Of a DNA stretch of 64,000 nt, positions 19,428 to 31,100 are shown piece after piece. The translations under genes were made by a program, and so were the position numbers. The notes under the pieces were generated by a model. It was not told where the DNA came from, ran no database searches, and was given only the letters and a program-made list of their open reading frames with translations. How positions within the stretch are numbered: the stretch's first letter is position 1; every line of letters starts with the position of its first letter. Source of the DNA: a virus; IMG/VR virus record IMGVR_UViG_3300034073_002131, positions 34,029-98,028 of that record, one strand, 5' to 3'.

Positions 19428-22400
19428 TTACAGTAAACTTTCAAGCTCTATACTTACGGTTGCAAAAGCAGGATTATCTATACTTATACTATATGTTTTA
19501 TAAAATCCATATATAGTTAAATTTTGATATTTGCTTTCATCACTCCCTTGCCAAATAGCAGGCTTAGCTCTTAGTGAGTTTAAAATAGTTTTTACTCTAT
19601 TTACCTCAGTTATAGGAACTAATAATTGTAAAGTTACTTTATCAGTATAAGGTCGCGTAACAATACTTATATTTCCAAATTCATCTATTGTTTTAACACT
19701 ATAATCTACTATAGATAAATTTACTCCTTTTTGAACATCTCCTATACTAGCTTCTGGATATCCAAAAAAAGTATTTGGAATTTTTACAATATCTTTACCA
19801 ATAAGTCTTATGTGATATATTAGTTTTGAATATTTTGTATAACCTGTAGGTATATCTGTTAAATACGCCAATGATGAAGATAGTTTATTTGAATCTTCTA
19901 TATTTAAAGATACTTTTTTGTAATATATAGGATTTTTTATTACTAAAATATTTCTTATTGGAGCTATTACCTTATGGTTAATATCTACAATAATATCTTT
20001 AAAATAAGCATCTGCTCCAGCAAATTTATTATCTAATACTTCTACAGTTGCATAGGTTGAATAAATACTTTCTAATCTATAAATAAACGGTGTACTTGTA
20101 AAAGATCCTGATCTGTATCCAAAACCACAAATTAACCAATTATTTAAAAATGAATCATATGTAATACCTAATGGATAGCCACTATCTAATCCATTATATT
20201 GAGTATTAAATAATGTACTAGAAATATTTTCTATATATAAATCACTAGCTCCAGGAAATATACGGTATAGTCCATTTATTCCTGAAACTAACCATTGTGG
20301 ATTTTTAGTTGAATTATTAAATTTTACATCATATAAAGCATTATTTTCTGTTAAATTAGCTACAATAGTTATCCACCAAGTATCTAAATCATCCGTCCAA
20401 ATCATAGTTGGACCAGACTCTCCTCCTTGACCAACACAAACTAATACGCCTGTGCTTAAAACACCCTCACCCCAACTAAGTTGGGTAGCATAATAAGGAT
20501 TAGTTGTGCTTGGAAGAGTTCGTGAATTTTCCCAAGTATAAGTTATACCATCTATACTTGTTAAAATTTTTCCAGTATAGTCTATAGCTACAAATTTATT
20601 TATATTTCCTGAACAGTACTCTACACAATAAATTCCATTTATTCCACTGGGTAAATTAGCTGCCTGAAAACTAATACCATCGTCTAAACTATATAAAATT
20701 TTTCCGCTTACTGTGACTCCTTGGCCTTGAAAATTATTTGGTCCACAAATTACAAACATATTTTTTAAATATTTTGCGGAATATGCAAGAAAAGGAATAT
20801 TAGGAATAATAGAAGGCTTCCATTCTGTTATACTTAAAGTATTATTTCTATTGTAATATACTAGTGGTGGATTAAGTGTTGGCGACGGTATACTATTTAA
20901 ATTATAGCTTACAGGAGTAGCGATTATAGTTGTACCAGTATTAGGGTTTTGAGCAATTAAATTAAAATCATTATTTACTGGATAATTATTTCCGCGAACT
21001 TGTTCTCCGTATGGATCTTCTTGGCTGTACAATAATTTAATCTCTTGTATTTGAAAAGATAAATTACCATAATAATTTCTAGGATCTTTTGCTTTATAAA
21101 ATATTACTCGATAGTAATAATAAGAATATATATTATTTAAATCATATATTTCAGTACTTTGTAGTCTAGTATCAGGTAAGTTAATTCCTCTATGATCTAT
21201 TAAGGTCCATTCTTGTCCATTGTCACTACCATATAGTACATAAACTGTAGGGTCTCGCCCAGGCTCATCATTTCCTGTTACAAATTGTATTTTTTGTACA
21301 CAACGACGAGTAAACAACTGTATTTGAGCCCACATATAATTAGGACCTTCTGGGGGCATTGCATCCCACCATTTAGAAGCTAAATCATTGTCAAATGCTT
21401 TTGTTGCACCTTCATCACTATATGGAGTAGTAGGACTATTAGTAGTTACATTACTAATATCTCCATAAGGTATTTGAACGTATGTTTGATTTGGTAAATA
21501 TTGAATATCACTAGCAGGTTTAAATGGGTCAAAATAAGTCCAAAAATTTCTTAAATTTCTATAGGCATCTACGCTATCATAATAAAGCTTTATTTCATTA
21601 ACATCTATTTGACTATTATTTGATAATTTTGTACCAATAAATAGTAGCTTATAATATAAATAAGCATTATCATCTAATATAAATTCGTATAGATCGCTTT
21701 TTGTTAATCTACTATCTGTAAGTTGTAGGTTTGTAGTTTCATAAACCGCTGTCCAACTATTGTTAGCGCCGGTATTGCTGCCAAAAATTAATAATTGTAC
21801 TGGATCATAATTTATATTATCTCCAGTAGTTATTTCTAATCCTTGTATAGCTATAGGTCTATAGAGTTTAATAGTTACTTCTGTACTATCATTTAGTTTA
21901 GTCCCTCTCCATCCTCTATTTATATCCCCACTAAAGGCATTCCATAGCTCTTCGCCAGACCCGTAATAATTAGGAGTAGTAAAACTTTCTATATCTAAAT
22001 AAGGCACTATAGGTACTAAATTTCTTTTATAATCAATAGCTGTAGGATCTGCTGTTATTTCTAATTCAGCTGAAACTACGTTTTGTAAATCTGTCATAGC
22101 TAATGCTGGTATAGTGTCCTTTTCATTTAAAGGAACGGAAGCTTTCCAAGTATATTCATTAGCAAAAGAAAAACTAGTACTAGACTGGGAGTCGAACTGT
22201 CTGAAAAAATTAGAGTATCCTAAAAATTCCCATTTTGTTGAATTTTGAAGGTCTGCTATATTTAAGGTTTGCGAAATTAAACTTTTATATAATCTATTAT
22301 TATACTCAATAACTTCTCCTACATCATATGGACTTGAAACGCTTATTTCATGATCAAATCCACTTATTCCTAATAGCTTCCAGTAAGTTGGAAATTGGTC

Positions 22401-22610
22401 TGGAATTTTTCCAGTATTAGATGTATTTAAAGGACTTATTGATTGATACCATTTTCCTTGATAACTAACTATAGTACCAGGTGCAATACCATAATTAACT
22501 TGAGAACTCCATTCAGGATATTGACTTAATGTATAATCATTTATTATATTAGGAATATTTGAGTCTACTATATCCAATATAATAGAATTATCTGGGACAA
22601 ATACTTTCAT
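19428..22610 (-). CDS. Tail-tip protein with discoidin (F5/8-like) and propeller domains
   Basis: Two copies of AF...W...TG.D...DP....GS..G..W; C-terminal DYSVKTIDEFGN. Confidence 0.65.
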   Translation of the reverse strand: MKVFVPDNSIILDIVDSNIPNIINDYTLSQYPEWSSQVNYGIAPGTIVSYQGKWYQSISPLNTSNTGKIPDQFPTYWKLLGISGFDHEISVSSPYDVGEVIEYNNRLYKSLISQTLNIADLQNSTKWEFLGYSNFFRQFDSQSSTSFSFANEYTWKASVPLNEKDTIPALAMTDLQNVVSAELEITADPTAIDYKRNLVPIVPYLDIESFTTPNYYGSGEELWNAFSGDINRGWRGTKLNDSTEVTIKLYRPIAIQGLEITTGDNINYDPVQLLIFGSNTGANNSWTAVYETTNLQLTDSRLTKSDLYEFILDDNAYLYYKLLFIGTKLSNNSQIDVNEIKLYYDSVDAYRNLRNFWTYFDPFKPASDIQYLPNQTYVQIPYGDISNVTTNSPTTPYSDEGATKAFDNDLASKWWDAMPPEGPNYMWAQIQLFTRRCVQKIQFVTGNDEPGRDPTVYVLYGSDNGQEWTLIDHRGINLPDTRLQSTEIYDLNNIYSYYYYRVIFYKAKDPRNYYGNLSFQIQEIKLLYSQEDPYGEQVRGNNYPVNNDFNLIAQNPNTGTTIIATPVSYNLNSIPSPTLNPPLVYYNRNNTLSITEWKPSIIPNIPFLAYSAKYLKNMFVICGPNNFQGQGVTVSGKILYSLDDGISFQAANLPSGINGIYCVEYCSGNINKFVAIDYTGKILTSIDGITYTWENSRTLPSTTNPYYATQLSWGEGVLSTGVLVCVGQGGESGPTMIWTDDLDTWWITIVANLTENNALYDVKFNNSTKNPQWLVSGINGLYRIFPGASDLYIENISSTLFNTQYNGLDSGYPLGITYDSFLNNWLICGFGYRSGSFTSTPFIYRLESIYSTYATVEVLDNKFAGADAYFKDIIVDINHKVIAPIRNILVIKNPIYYKKVSLNIEDSNKLSSSLAYLTDIPTGYTKYSKLIYHIRLIGKDIVKIPNTFFGYPEASIGDVQKGVNLSIVDYSVKTIDEFGNISIVTRPYTDKVTLQLLVPITEVNRVKTILNSLRAKPAIWQGSDESKYQNLTIYGFYKTYSISIDNPAFATVSIELESLL

Positions 22611-22628
22611 AGTATAGTTACGCCTGGG

Positions 22629-25097
22629 TTAAAATTGTAATAGTCCTTCTACTGAAAAGGTACAAAATGCATATTCGGGATATTGTATATTAATATTAAA
22701 ATCTTTATAGTAACCTAGTGCAGTTAAAAATGTATAATTAAAATCAGTGGGTTTAGGTGCACCTATCCATAAACATGCAGTATTTCTAATACCTGTTAAT
22801 TTTTTATAAATATCAGGTATTTTTGTTTCTGGTATAATAATACTTACATCATACCTTTCACTAAATCCTCTTTCTATAAATGTAGTATTTCCAAATTCAT
22901 CAGTAGATTTTTTACTATAATCAATAATACTTAAAGTACTATTTAACTGAGTAACTCCAAGAGTTTCTTGCGTTCCTGCTATTAAATTTTTTATAACTGC
23001 TACATCTTCTGTATTTTCTAATACAAAATATAAATGTACTTTAGTTGTAGTAGTACCATCGGTTGAAAGCGCACTAGACGAAGCGGATTGAAGGTTTGTA
23101 TAGTCTACTGGTATTGATTGTAAATTATGCGGGTATTCAGCTTCTAAATATCCTATTTCTTTACTTAGAACACAAATTGTACCTGTAGTTTTAATTTGTG
23201 CCATTGAAACATCATAAGTACCAAAAAGACTTTCTTTAATAAGTGTATAAACTGGTGGACTAAATCCTATAGCGCTACCATTAAGTGTATCTCTATTAAA
23301 ATCCCATCCAAAGGAAAATGTTCCTGCTGTATTTTTAGTTTTTACAATACGCATATTTTGAACATTGAATTGCTGTGAAGATACAGAACTTAAAGGAGTT
23401 ATAAGTTTTAAAATAAGCCCCTCACCTTGACTATATTTTATATCTGCTATAGAATACTGCTCTGGAGGAGCTCCTGGTCCCACCTCTTGAAGATAAAAAT
23501 CTAGTGCAAGCTCTTGACTACTTAGGGGCGCTAATGCTTGAATTTCAGCTATAGTTTTATTTTTTGCACTAAGGAGATAATATAATTTATTCTGCGAACC
23601 AACTAATAGTTCGTTTGATTGTTTATTATAAAAGGTTGATAGTTTTATATCAGCATATCTAGGTATACTAAATTCTTTATCTGGTAAAAATACGTCACCT
23701 ACATAGTTATTAGACTTTGTAAATATCCAAGCATATCCTTCTGTACTTACGCCTTTATCTCCTACTATACATATATAATTATATATTGTAGAACCTATAG
23801 TAGTTTCATCTCCTACATAAGCAATTTGATGAAACTTATATCCAGCAGAAGACGAAAATGTTTCAAATATACATTGCCAACTAGCACCATCTACACTACT
23901 CCATATTTGATCTTCAGTTATAGCTATTATTCTATCATCTGTATCTATAATATCTATAAAACCTGTTTGCCTATAAACTCCGCCAGTATAAGCAATAGGG
24001 GTATAATCCACTGTTTGCGAATATATCCAATTAATTCCATCAAAGCTCTTTAATATAATAATTCTATCATTAGTAATATCTGATCCTAGTGCAAAGAAAC
24101 AATCAAATAAATTAGACCAATATATTTTATTTATTTTTATAGTATTATATTGAGAAACTTGAGCTATAGGCAACGAATTATCTAGTGTTCCTATTTGCCA
24201 AGGATATGTTACACTATTACTAGGAAGTTGTGGACCTACAAAATCTACTGGATATTGAATAGCAGATTTTGTAAATTCTTTATTAAGAGCTACATCTTTT
24301 ATATACTTTATAGTTAGCTGATTATTTGCAACTATATAACCCATAGCTACTAATATATCTAACTTTTCGCTATAAGCAAGTGCGGTCCATTTAGTATTTA
24401 AAGTTATAGGTCCCGGTATAGGGCCAAGGGGGGCCCCAACTGTAGCATCTACTAATTGGTCATTAAAAATAAAAAAGGCACCAGTTAATGGTTTTTCAGT
24501 AGAAAAAATATGACTAATATTTTCTAAACCTAAAAATCCTAGTTTTGAACAGTTTTTGGGCTTTATAAAAGTTATTTCAGCATTTTTAAAAAATCTTGTA
24601 TAGCCTAATTTTTGATTTTGTAAAAAACTATATTTGTTATTGTAATCTGCAAACTCCCAGTAGTTTTCCCAAGTACCTGCTCCTGGCTGTTTTCCAATAC
24701 TTGAAACTATAGCTCTAAATATTCTGCCTTCAAATGTTCTTAAATCATTAGTTTGAATTGATTCTGTATATTTAAAGTCTGTTGCAAAATTATTATTATT
24801 TGTTAAATTATCTATGAGCTTCCAATAAGTGTTTAAAGGTAGCTCAGTAGATTCGGAAGGAAACGTAGCACCAACCTGATTATTAGATCTTACACTTTTA
24901 TAAATTTTTAACTCATTAGATTCAGTAGTTCCCCACCCCTTTGTAATAATAGGAGCAAGGGAACTACTTTTAGGCCAGACAGTGCCATTAAAAATCTCAG
25001 AAATATCACTAGGAATATTACTTCTATAGGTATCCCAAATTTCACTGGTACTACCAGGACTTTGATAAGCTATTTGAATTGGTACAATTAAATCCAT
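22629..25097 (-). CDS. Tail-tip protein, paralogue of neighbour
   Basis: C-terminal IIDYSKKSTDEFGN...GYYKDF; SxDG..W propeller repeats; directly after tape measure. Confidence 0.65.
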   Translation of the reverse strand: MDLIVPIQIAYQSPGSTSEIWDTYRSNIPSDISEIFNGTVWPKSSSLAPIITKGWGTTESNELKIYKSVRSNNQVGATFPSESTELPLNTYWKLIDNLTNNNNFATDFKYTESIQTNDLRTFEGRIFRAIVSSIGKQPGAGTWENYWEFADYNNKYSFLQNQKLGYTRFFKNAEITFIKPKNCSKLGFLGLENISHIFSTEKPLTGAFFIFNDQLVDATVGAPLGPIPGPITLNTKWTALAYSEKLDILVAMGYIVANNQLTIKYIKDVALNKEFTKSAIQYPVDFVGPQLPSNSVTYPWQIGTLDNSLPIAQVSQYNTIKINKIYWSNLFDCFFALGSDITNDRIIILKSFDGINWIYSQTVDYTPIAYTGGVYRQTGFIDIIDTDDRIIAITEDQIWSSVDGASWQCIFETFSSSAGYKFHQIAYVGDETTIGSTIYNYICIVGDKGVSTEGYAWIFTKSNNYVGDVFLPDKEFSIPRYADIKLSTFYNKQSNELLVGSQNKLYYLLSAKNKTIAEIQALAPLSSQELALDFYLQEVGPGAPPEQYSIADIKYSQGEGLILKLITPLSSVSSQQFNVQNMRIVKTKNTAGTFSFGWDFNRDTLNGSAIGFSPPVYTLIKESLFGTYDVSMAQIKTTGTICVLSKEIGYLEAEYPHNLQSIPVDYTNLQSASSSALSTDGTTTTKVHLYFVLENTEDVAVIKNLIAGTQETLGVTQLNSTLSIIDYSKKSTDEFGNTTFIERGFSERYDVSIIIPETKIPDIYKKLTGIRNTACLWIGAPKPTDFNYTFLTALGYYKDFNINIQYPEYAFCTFSVEGLLQF

Positions 25098-25114
25098 AAT
25101 AATTATTGCCTATA

Positions 25115-28100
25115 TTAAGTAACTACTGTAACATCTACTGGTAAACTATCTTCAGATACTGAAATAGTAATACTATCTCCAGCTTGAGTTACTCGTTCTA
25201 AAATTCTGGTAGTTTTTCCAGTATTTGTAACTGTAGCACGTGTTTCTGCTCTTAGATATTCTACTTCTTTTCTGAGATTTTTTAACTCTAATATTAGCTC
25301 TCTATTAGATTGTAGTGCAAAATCATTCATTGGTGTAATATCTGCTGTAACACCAAGCCTGCCTGTACTAGTTCTAGATAGTGGCATTATGGCCTCTGGC
25401 CCAGCTTCGCCCATTATACCCATGTTAAATGCTGTAGCGCCATCAAAAACTCCGCCATTAGCAAATTTAAACACATTCATAGGTACACCTAATTTGGTAT
25501 AATCAACACTCATTATACCAGCACGATTTTTACTAACAGCATTAGGATATTTTTCAATAACTTCTTGAGCAAGTACACCACGCTTTGTACCAGCTCCATA
25601 CAGAGCATTATAAGGTGCTTTGTATTCAAAGTCATAAAGATTTAAGCCATTGGATAGTGTATCTACATAGCTAATATTTTGCTTGACTCTAGCATCGGAA
25701 AGTAATTTTTTTGCCCATCTAACCGGAGCAAAGACAATGTCTACTACAGTACTAATAACTTTACCGGCACCTTTAAATAAATTACTTAGGAAGTTTCCGC
25801 TGCCAGATACAGCAGCACCTGGACTAGCTTGAGCAGCTGTAGCTAAGTTACTCATACTAGTAGCTATAGAAGCTAAATAATTAATTTGAGTTACCTGATT
25901 ATTAGATACAGTTTCTAGTGCACTAACGGTTCCGCTTGTATTACCTGCTACCGCTAATAGAGTAGAATTATTTTGTTCGGAAATAATTTTTGCTAAACCT
26001 TCTGTTCCTGCTATAGTTGCTTCAGCTACAGTATTTCCTGCATCTGCTATTACTTGACCTACCGCATCAGTAATTGTATTTGTAGTTTCAATATTACTAC
26101 TTGTATTTTCAGTATTAGTACCTACAGTACCTGTTGCTTCGGAAAGTTTAAGTAACCAATCTCCAGCAGTCGTATTATCACTACTAGTTAATTTACTTGC
26201 TATAGCCCCGGTACCACTTAAACTATCTTTTGTAGTTGTATCTAGGGTAGCTAGTGCTTTATTAATTATGCCTTCTACACCTAGACCAGCTGCAGTAGTT
26301 GCGTCCAGAACTCCTAGTGCTTTATCAATTACACTGCCGGATCCTAGGCCTAGCTCTGTAGTTGTATTTAAGGTATTTAGGGTTGTATTTATAGGACTGT
26401 CTACACTTAAACTAGATTCAGTAGCTGTTGTTAGTTTATTGATGCCTTCTCTAACTGCACCACTTAGTCCAGTATTTGTAGATATTTCGCGTAGTATTGA
26501 TTTAATATCTTCAACTTGTACTTGTAGTTTATCTGCATCTGCTTTAGCTATTTTATACTCGCTTACTAGATCTCGCGTAGCTTGCTCTAGTGGCGCTGAA
26601 ATTTGAAGTGCAACACTAACTGCATCTTCAAACTCTTTCTTAGCAGTAGCCATACTTTCTACAGCTATAGTTAGTGGATCTTTTGTAGTTTCAGGAAACG
26701 CCTGATCAACTTTGCTAGCTTGTTGTTCAGTATAGTCTGCAACCTTAGTTAGAGAAGCTAAGACTTGACGACGTGAACTTTCAAATTGTTGATAGGTACT
26801 GCTTGAGTCTTTTAAGGACTCTAGTAGGCCGCTTGCAAGATTTTGTAGTCCGGCAATATCCTCTTCACTACCACCAAGAGCACGAGTTACACTTGCCTCA
26901 AACTCTCTACGTAGTAGACTAACGGAGCGAGTTCCTGTAGTGCCAACGCCACTTTGCTCAGCTACAAACTCGCGTAAGGAGCCACCTAGGTCACGCATAC
27001 GTTTTGCAGCTTCAATTGCAAAATTAGCAACTTCTTTTTGTGCTTGCAAGTACTTTTGCTGTGCACTAACTACTCTGTTTGTTGCTTCTGCTTGTATACC
27101 TTGTACACGTTGCTGTGCTTGTTGTAAGTTTGCTTCTGCTTTGGCTAAGTCTTCTACTGCATATAGTAAAACTTTTAGTACTCTATTAGTTTGATCTAAT
27201 GCTTCAATTTCTTGTAAGCGTAGTAGGTAGGTTTGTCCAAAAGCTTGATATAGCTGAGTGTTTAGTTGTTTAGTTTCATCCGCTATTTTCTTAGCCACTT
27301 CAGCAGCATCTTCAGCAGCTTGTTTAGCAGCTTCAGCTGCTTTTTCTGCTGCTGCTGTAGCCTCTTCTGCAGCCTTATCTGCTGCATCACTGATTTCCTT
27401 CATGCCATCGGCTAAGGATAACAAGCTAATAAAGGTCTCTCTACCCCGTTCACTAGTTAAATCTTGTGCACGAACTAGGCCAATATACTGGTCTTTAGTT
27501 ATATTAGCAGTATAACCTAGGCGCTCCAATTCTTGATTTACATTTCTGGTAATATTAGCTAAGCGTTGTTCGTCCGTTAGGAAGCTGCTAGCAAAGCTAC
27601 CAGTAATATCTAAGAAATTGTCTAAGCCACCAGCAAGTTCTGCTAAGCTATCAGTTATATCATATGTAGTATTTTTAATTAGTGTAGGATCAAAGCTCAT
27701 AAAAGGTTTAGTAGTATCTTCCCATAATACTCCTATTCTTACACCAAATTCTTTAAGAGTATTTTCTATGCCTTTAAAACCTAGATTTTGTAATTGTGCT
27801 TCTACTTTTTTATTAGTATCTATAACTCTGGTTACAGTCTCCAATAACCCTTCACCAAAGTTTTGTAGTCGTCTAAAACTACCAAATATAACTTCGGCAG
27901 CATCATCCATTACAGCACTAAATACTGCACTAAGCTCTTTGGTAAAGTCTTCGCCGGTTAAGCCGCGAAGGCTAGCCATTTCATCTACACGTATTTTTCC
28001 TAGTACTTGATCTACTACTGAGGCTGTTTGGCCTGCTTGCTCAGCAGTTGCTATAAGCACATCTCTGCCGTAATCAAATACACGACTAAATGTTTGTAGC

Positions 28101-31100
28101 TCTTTGCCTACAAGATCGGCATAGTTTGTTGCAGTAGTTGTACTAGTTCCGCCACCAATACCAAAAAACCCGCCTTTAGTAACAGTAGTACTAACAATCT
28201 CAAATTGTCTAACAGTTCCCTGTACAGCATTAGCTAGGTCTAAGAATGTTCCGCGTAGCTGAATACCGCTATCCTGAATTTCACGACTAGTTTTGCTGCC
28301 AAATAACCAGCTTGCTATTCCACTTGTAGTTGTACCAGTTTGAGTACCAAAAGCACTTCCACCCTGTAGACCTTGTATTCTAAAGGCACCTTTTGCAACA
28401 TTTTCAATACTGGCACTTAGCTTTCTAAATGCTAAAAGTAACTTGTTATCATAGCCAAGGCTAGCATCACTGTTTTTACTAATAATCTCTAGTGAATTTG
28501 CAATTGATTCAGATTTTGCTCCGGTATCGCCAAAAACTCCTGAGCGTACTTGTACCTGATTACCTTGGGTATCCCAACCCATTGCTGTGCCTTGGGTCTG
28601 CTGACGTTGCTCAGCTGAGGGTACAAATATACCACTAGTACCGCGCTTGCCAAATGCGGCTAAGCCTATTGCGGCTACTAGGGCTGCTGCAACTGGGGGT
28701 CCAAATACACCTAATTGTCCAATAGTTTTTGCATAAATTTCTGATACATAAATACCTGCGCGAGCAAAAAATCCTGCACTTGTAGCTGCTGTTTGTGCTG
28801 CTTCAGCCCCTACTTTTGCCGTTGTACCAGCAATTGCAGAACCTATTTTTACAGCTAACTCTTTAGCATCCATTGCTAGTCGAACTAGGTGCATAGCTTT
28901 TTCTGTTTTATCTAGTACTTTATATGCAAGTGTTTTTTCTTTAAACAATTTCTTAGTAGAATTAAGTGTTGCTGCATCTGCTGTTAATTCATCTTTAGCA
29001 GCTCTTTGGCGAAGTTTATTTAGCTTTTGTTCCTCTTTGCCAGCATCTTGGCCAGTCATGTATAGGGTGTCTACTAGCTCTTGTTGTTGTTTTATTGCTT
29101 TATTATTTCGTTCTTCTAGTAGTGCACGCTTATCGATATTGGTTACAAGGTCGGCTAATTTTGTGCCAATACCTTCATATACAAAATCTAAATTTTTAAC
29201 TGCTTCTAGTTGTTTGCTAAAATCTTCCCGTTGTTCTCTGTAAGCCTGTACTGCATTAATGGAACTAATTCTAGCTGCTTTTTCAGCTTCTATTTGACTA
29301 ATTCTTTGGCTATGTGCTTCAACATCTAACTGCATTTGTGATTGTAGTCGATCAGCTTGAATATTAAAACCAATATCCCTTAATCTATTAACTTCTATTT
29401 GATTATTTATTTGTTGTTGAGCAAAACTTAAACTAGCGTCTTGTATTTGTTTAGTAGCATTTTGCTCTTCTCTTATTAGGTCCAGCTGTGTTCTGCGAGC
29501 CTGTAAAACTTCTGGAGGTAGACTTTCAGTTTGTTCTGCTCTTTGTAGAGCTATATCTTGTAGGGTTAGTGCACTTTCGGCACGAGCAGCAGCAATAGCA
29601 AGTTCTGCCCTACCTAAACTAATAACATAGTCTAATTCTTTTTTTCTGTAGTCAGCTAATTTATTAGCTTCAGCATTTGCTGCAGTTGCGGTTGCTAATC
29701 CTTTTCTATAAAAAGCTACTATTTGTTCTGAATTATATACTTGGCGAGCTTGTTTTAGTATTAATTCTGAATCCGCTTTTCCTTGATCTTCTTTGCCTTG
29801 TTTAATACTTTCATTAAGTACATTTTGTGCACGTAACTCTTCTTGAGCATACTTTCTATTAGCTTGATTTATAGCCTCGTCATAATCAAGTGCTGCTTTT
29901 TTATCAATTAAACTAAGCTTTTGTTGGTAATATTGCTCATAAGAAATTGTACCCAGCTCTTGTCTTTGATCAAGTAGTTGAGTATTAATATCAAGTTCAG
30001 ATTTTTGTAATCCAATATTTTGTTGTTGCTGAGCAAATATTGCGCTAACAATTGCTTGACGTTTATTAATATCTGTTTGCTCTATGGCTCTATCAATACC
30101 TTTTAATTGTGTAGCTAATCCAGTAGATACCTGTGCAGCAGCTATAATATTTTGACTATACTTTGCTAATTCTGGATTTCCTGACTTTATTTCTTCTTGA
30201 AGTCTGCTAAGGACCCCTAGTGGATCTTTATAAGCATCTTGAATAAAACTACGAACTTTAGTAGCTATATCTACCTGTTTTTGAGCAGCTTCGGCAGCAG
30301 CAAGAAGCTGAGGATCTTCTTTATTAGCTTCAAGATCTTTCTTAGCTTGTTGTAAAGTTTGTCTAGCAGTAACTAAATCTAGACTAGCTTTTAATTCATA
30401 ATTAGATCTAGCAATTTCTGCTTGTTGCCTAATAATTTCTTTATCATTATTAAGTTCTTCTACTTTTAGTTCAAATTGGCGGCTGGCAAGTTGCGGAATT
30501 GTATCAATACCAGCATATAAGTTTTGTAGTATTTCGTTAGCACCTTTTTGAAGTGCTGCACGCATTCCGGCCGCAATATTACTAAAATTATTCACAAGTC
30601 CCTGTTGTATGCCTTGAATAACTTGTGCACTAACTTTTCCTAGTTTTGTTTCTACTATACTTAAATCTTGATATAAATTACTTCTAATATCTTCTAATTC
30701 TTTTAATGCATCTTTACGTCTGCGTTCTGCACTAGCGGCAGGTCCTTGTTCTATTGTCCCTTGAGGACCAAAACCTGCCATTACATCTAGTTTTGTAATT
30801 TCTCTGATTCTGCTTTCAACTTTTTTGATTTCTTGACTAGTTTTTGTAAAGTTTTTACCTAGTAATTGAACATCTTCGTTTAAATTAAATAGTTCTGCAC
30901 TTACTTTTATACCAAAAATAGGTCTGTCACCTAGACTGGCAATACTGCCTGTTAGTGCATCTAAGTTTTCACGAAGTGGACCCTCTAGGGCAGTATTTAA
31001 TTTTAGTAATGCAGTAACATTATCACTAGCAAATTTTGTAACAGGATCACTTACTTGAAACTGTCTGGCTAAGTCTAAAAAGCTTTCTTTGGCTTTGGTT

